A stretch of 63,866 nucleotides of DNA, the filler included, from Octopus bimaculoides (taxonomy: Eukaryota), in the NCBI RefSeq assembly GCF_001194135.2. It is 3 parts of 2 records of this genome, joined end to end, with 100 filler letters (N's around TTAATTAATTAA, not from the genome) between each part and the next. Parts side by side here need not be neighbours in the genome. Positions count along the whole stretch, not along the records: positions 57,227 to 63,866 come from NC_068982.1; 2 more parts are not named here. One strand, given 5' to 3'. Position numbers and translations under genes: made by a program. Positions 62,682-63,866 of this stretch are shown one piece after another (position 1 is the first letter of the stretch; the number at the start of each line of letters is the position of its first letter). The notes below the pieces were generated by a model that saw only the letters and a program-made list of their open reading frames with translations, made no database searches and had not been told where the DNA came from.

Positions 62682-63477
62682 TGGTGTTGATGGCACTGCA
62701 TTAGCAACAATCTGAAGGAATGTAATGTTCTTCTAATTGAAAAAGAATTTAAAACTTTCACGAGATAAATGATACTCACAGGTTAGAAACGGCGAATGAA
62801 ATTGTAATATAACACGCATACGAAATCTAAAAGAAAGAATGAAATTATAGAAAAAAAACATAATTTATAAAAAGAAAGATATCGATATATTAATTATAAA
62901 ACATGCCAAAGATATTTAAGAATTTTGTAGATACAGAGTATTCGGAGATGCGTTGGACAGGAGTTATCATCTATATACTTATGCGAAAACTAAGGTGACA
63001 TATGAAACTGAAGTGGAAAAATGTTCAAAGCAGTAGGGAAATACAATATCGGGGAACATTCAAGCAGAATCAGCGAGGTCTGGAAGTTTTAAATATCGCA
63101 GATCTTTAAGAAACTCATACTGAACTAATGAAAGAGGTGCAAGATCATATACTAATTTCTTTCACGTTAATCTCGAAGTACTTGCGCTCTCCTTTATAGA
63201 AACTGCAGCAGGATATGCTTAGTAACGCTTTCGAGACTGACAACAATGGCGGCGATGAGAGTGGTAACTTGTAGACGGATAAAAATCAAGTAATGACAAA
63301 TAACCTATGTAAGGACGAATTGTTCATATATATATGTATGTATATATACATATATATTTTATATATATATATATACATATATATTATACACACACACAAA
63401 CACACATACATATGTGTGTGTGTGAGGGTGTGTGTATACATTTACACACACACACATACGAGCATATATATAATTGT

Positions 63478-63800
63478 GTAATGAACTGGTGATCAGAGTA
63501 GCTGATTAGCAGAGATAACTGTGGTGAACGGGGAGCTAGACTGGTCCTACAACTCCTAAAACCTTCAGAAAACTGTAGACACCCACTGAAGTTACGCCTA
63601 TATATAACGGTAGAAATAAAATGCTATTGTTTTGAGTGTCCCACCCATGAGGGATCAATGCTAGATGTGTCGAAACAATTATCGTAATTAATAATAAATT
63701 CTCATATATTCCCTCTTGTGTCGACGCCTCCAAGCGAAGACGTAGGATCGCTCAAAACATATAACGTTTCTAACCTACGCTCTTCCACAGAAAGGAACAT
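63478..63800 (+). mobile_element. Direct-repeat copy 2, extended; Penelope-like terminus with degenerate hammerhead-like cores
   Basis: ctgaagttacgcc...ggtagaaa; cccatga-gggat...gtc-gaaac; agcgaa-gacg-taggat-cgctc-aaaac. Confidence 0.5.
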
Positions 63801-63866
63801 GCATCTATACATACGTATATGTACATACTTACATCTATACGTATATATATATATATATATATATAT

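Overview
This is an AT-rich, microsatellite-saturated eukaryotic genomic window with 12 N-gaps. The repeat landscape resembles an octopus/coleoid cephalopod draft assembly; that is an inference from pattern recognition, not confirmed by any search. I found no host protein-coding exon, rRNA, genuine tRNA or CRISPR array, and most listed ORFs are translations of microsatellites or N-gaps. The window is a layered transposon graveyard. It holds three or four tRNA-derived SINE families (about 35 copies or fragments) and 3' ends of restriction-like-endonuclease (RLE) LINEs: three R4/Dong-type families and one CRE-like. It also holds a Tx1/L1 3' remnant, a probable decayed RTE, a full-length pseudogenised DD34E Tc1 with TIRs and TA TSD, a mariner MITE, a pogo/Tigger C-terminal remnant and Penelope-like terminal fragments. 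Two leads stand out. (1) A ~280-bp tRNA-headed (Pol III A/B box) element at 34708-34987 (-) carries an intact minimal type-I hammerhead ribozyme core, with related hammerhead-like cores in three other Penelope-like fragments. (2) R4/Dong-like LINEs sit specifically in microsatellites: one family in (CATA)n, two in (TAA)n. The (TAA)n targets are often SINE tails. Boundaries of old repeats are approximate (about +/-15 bp).
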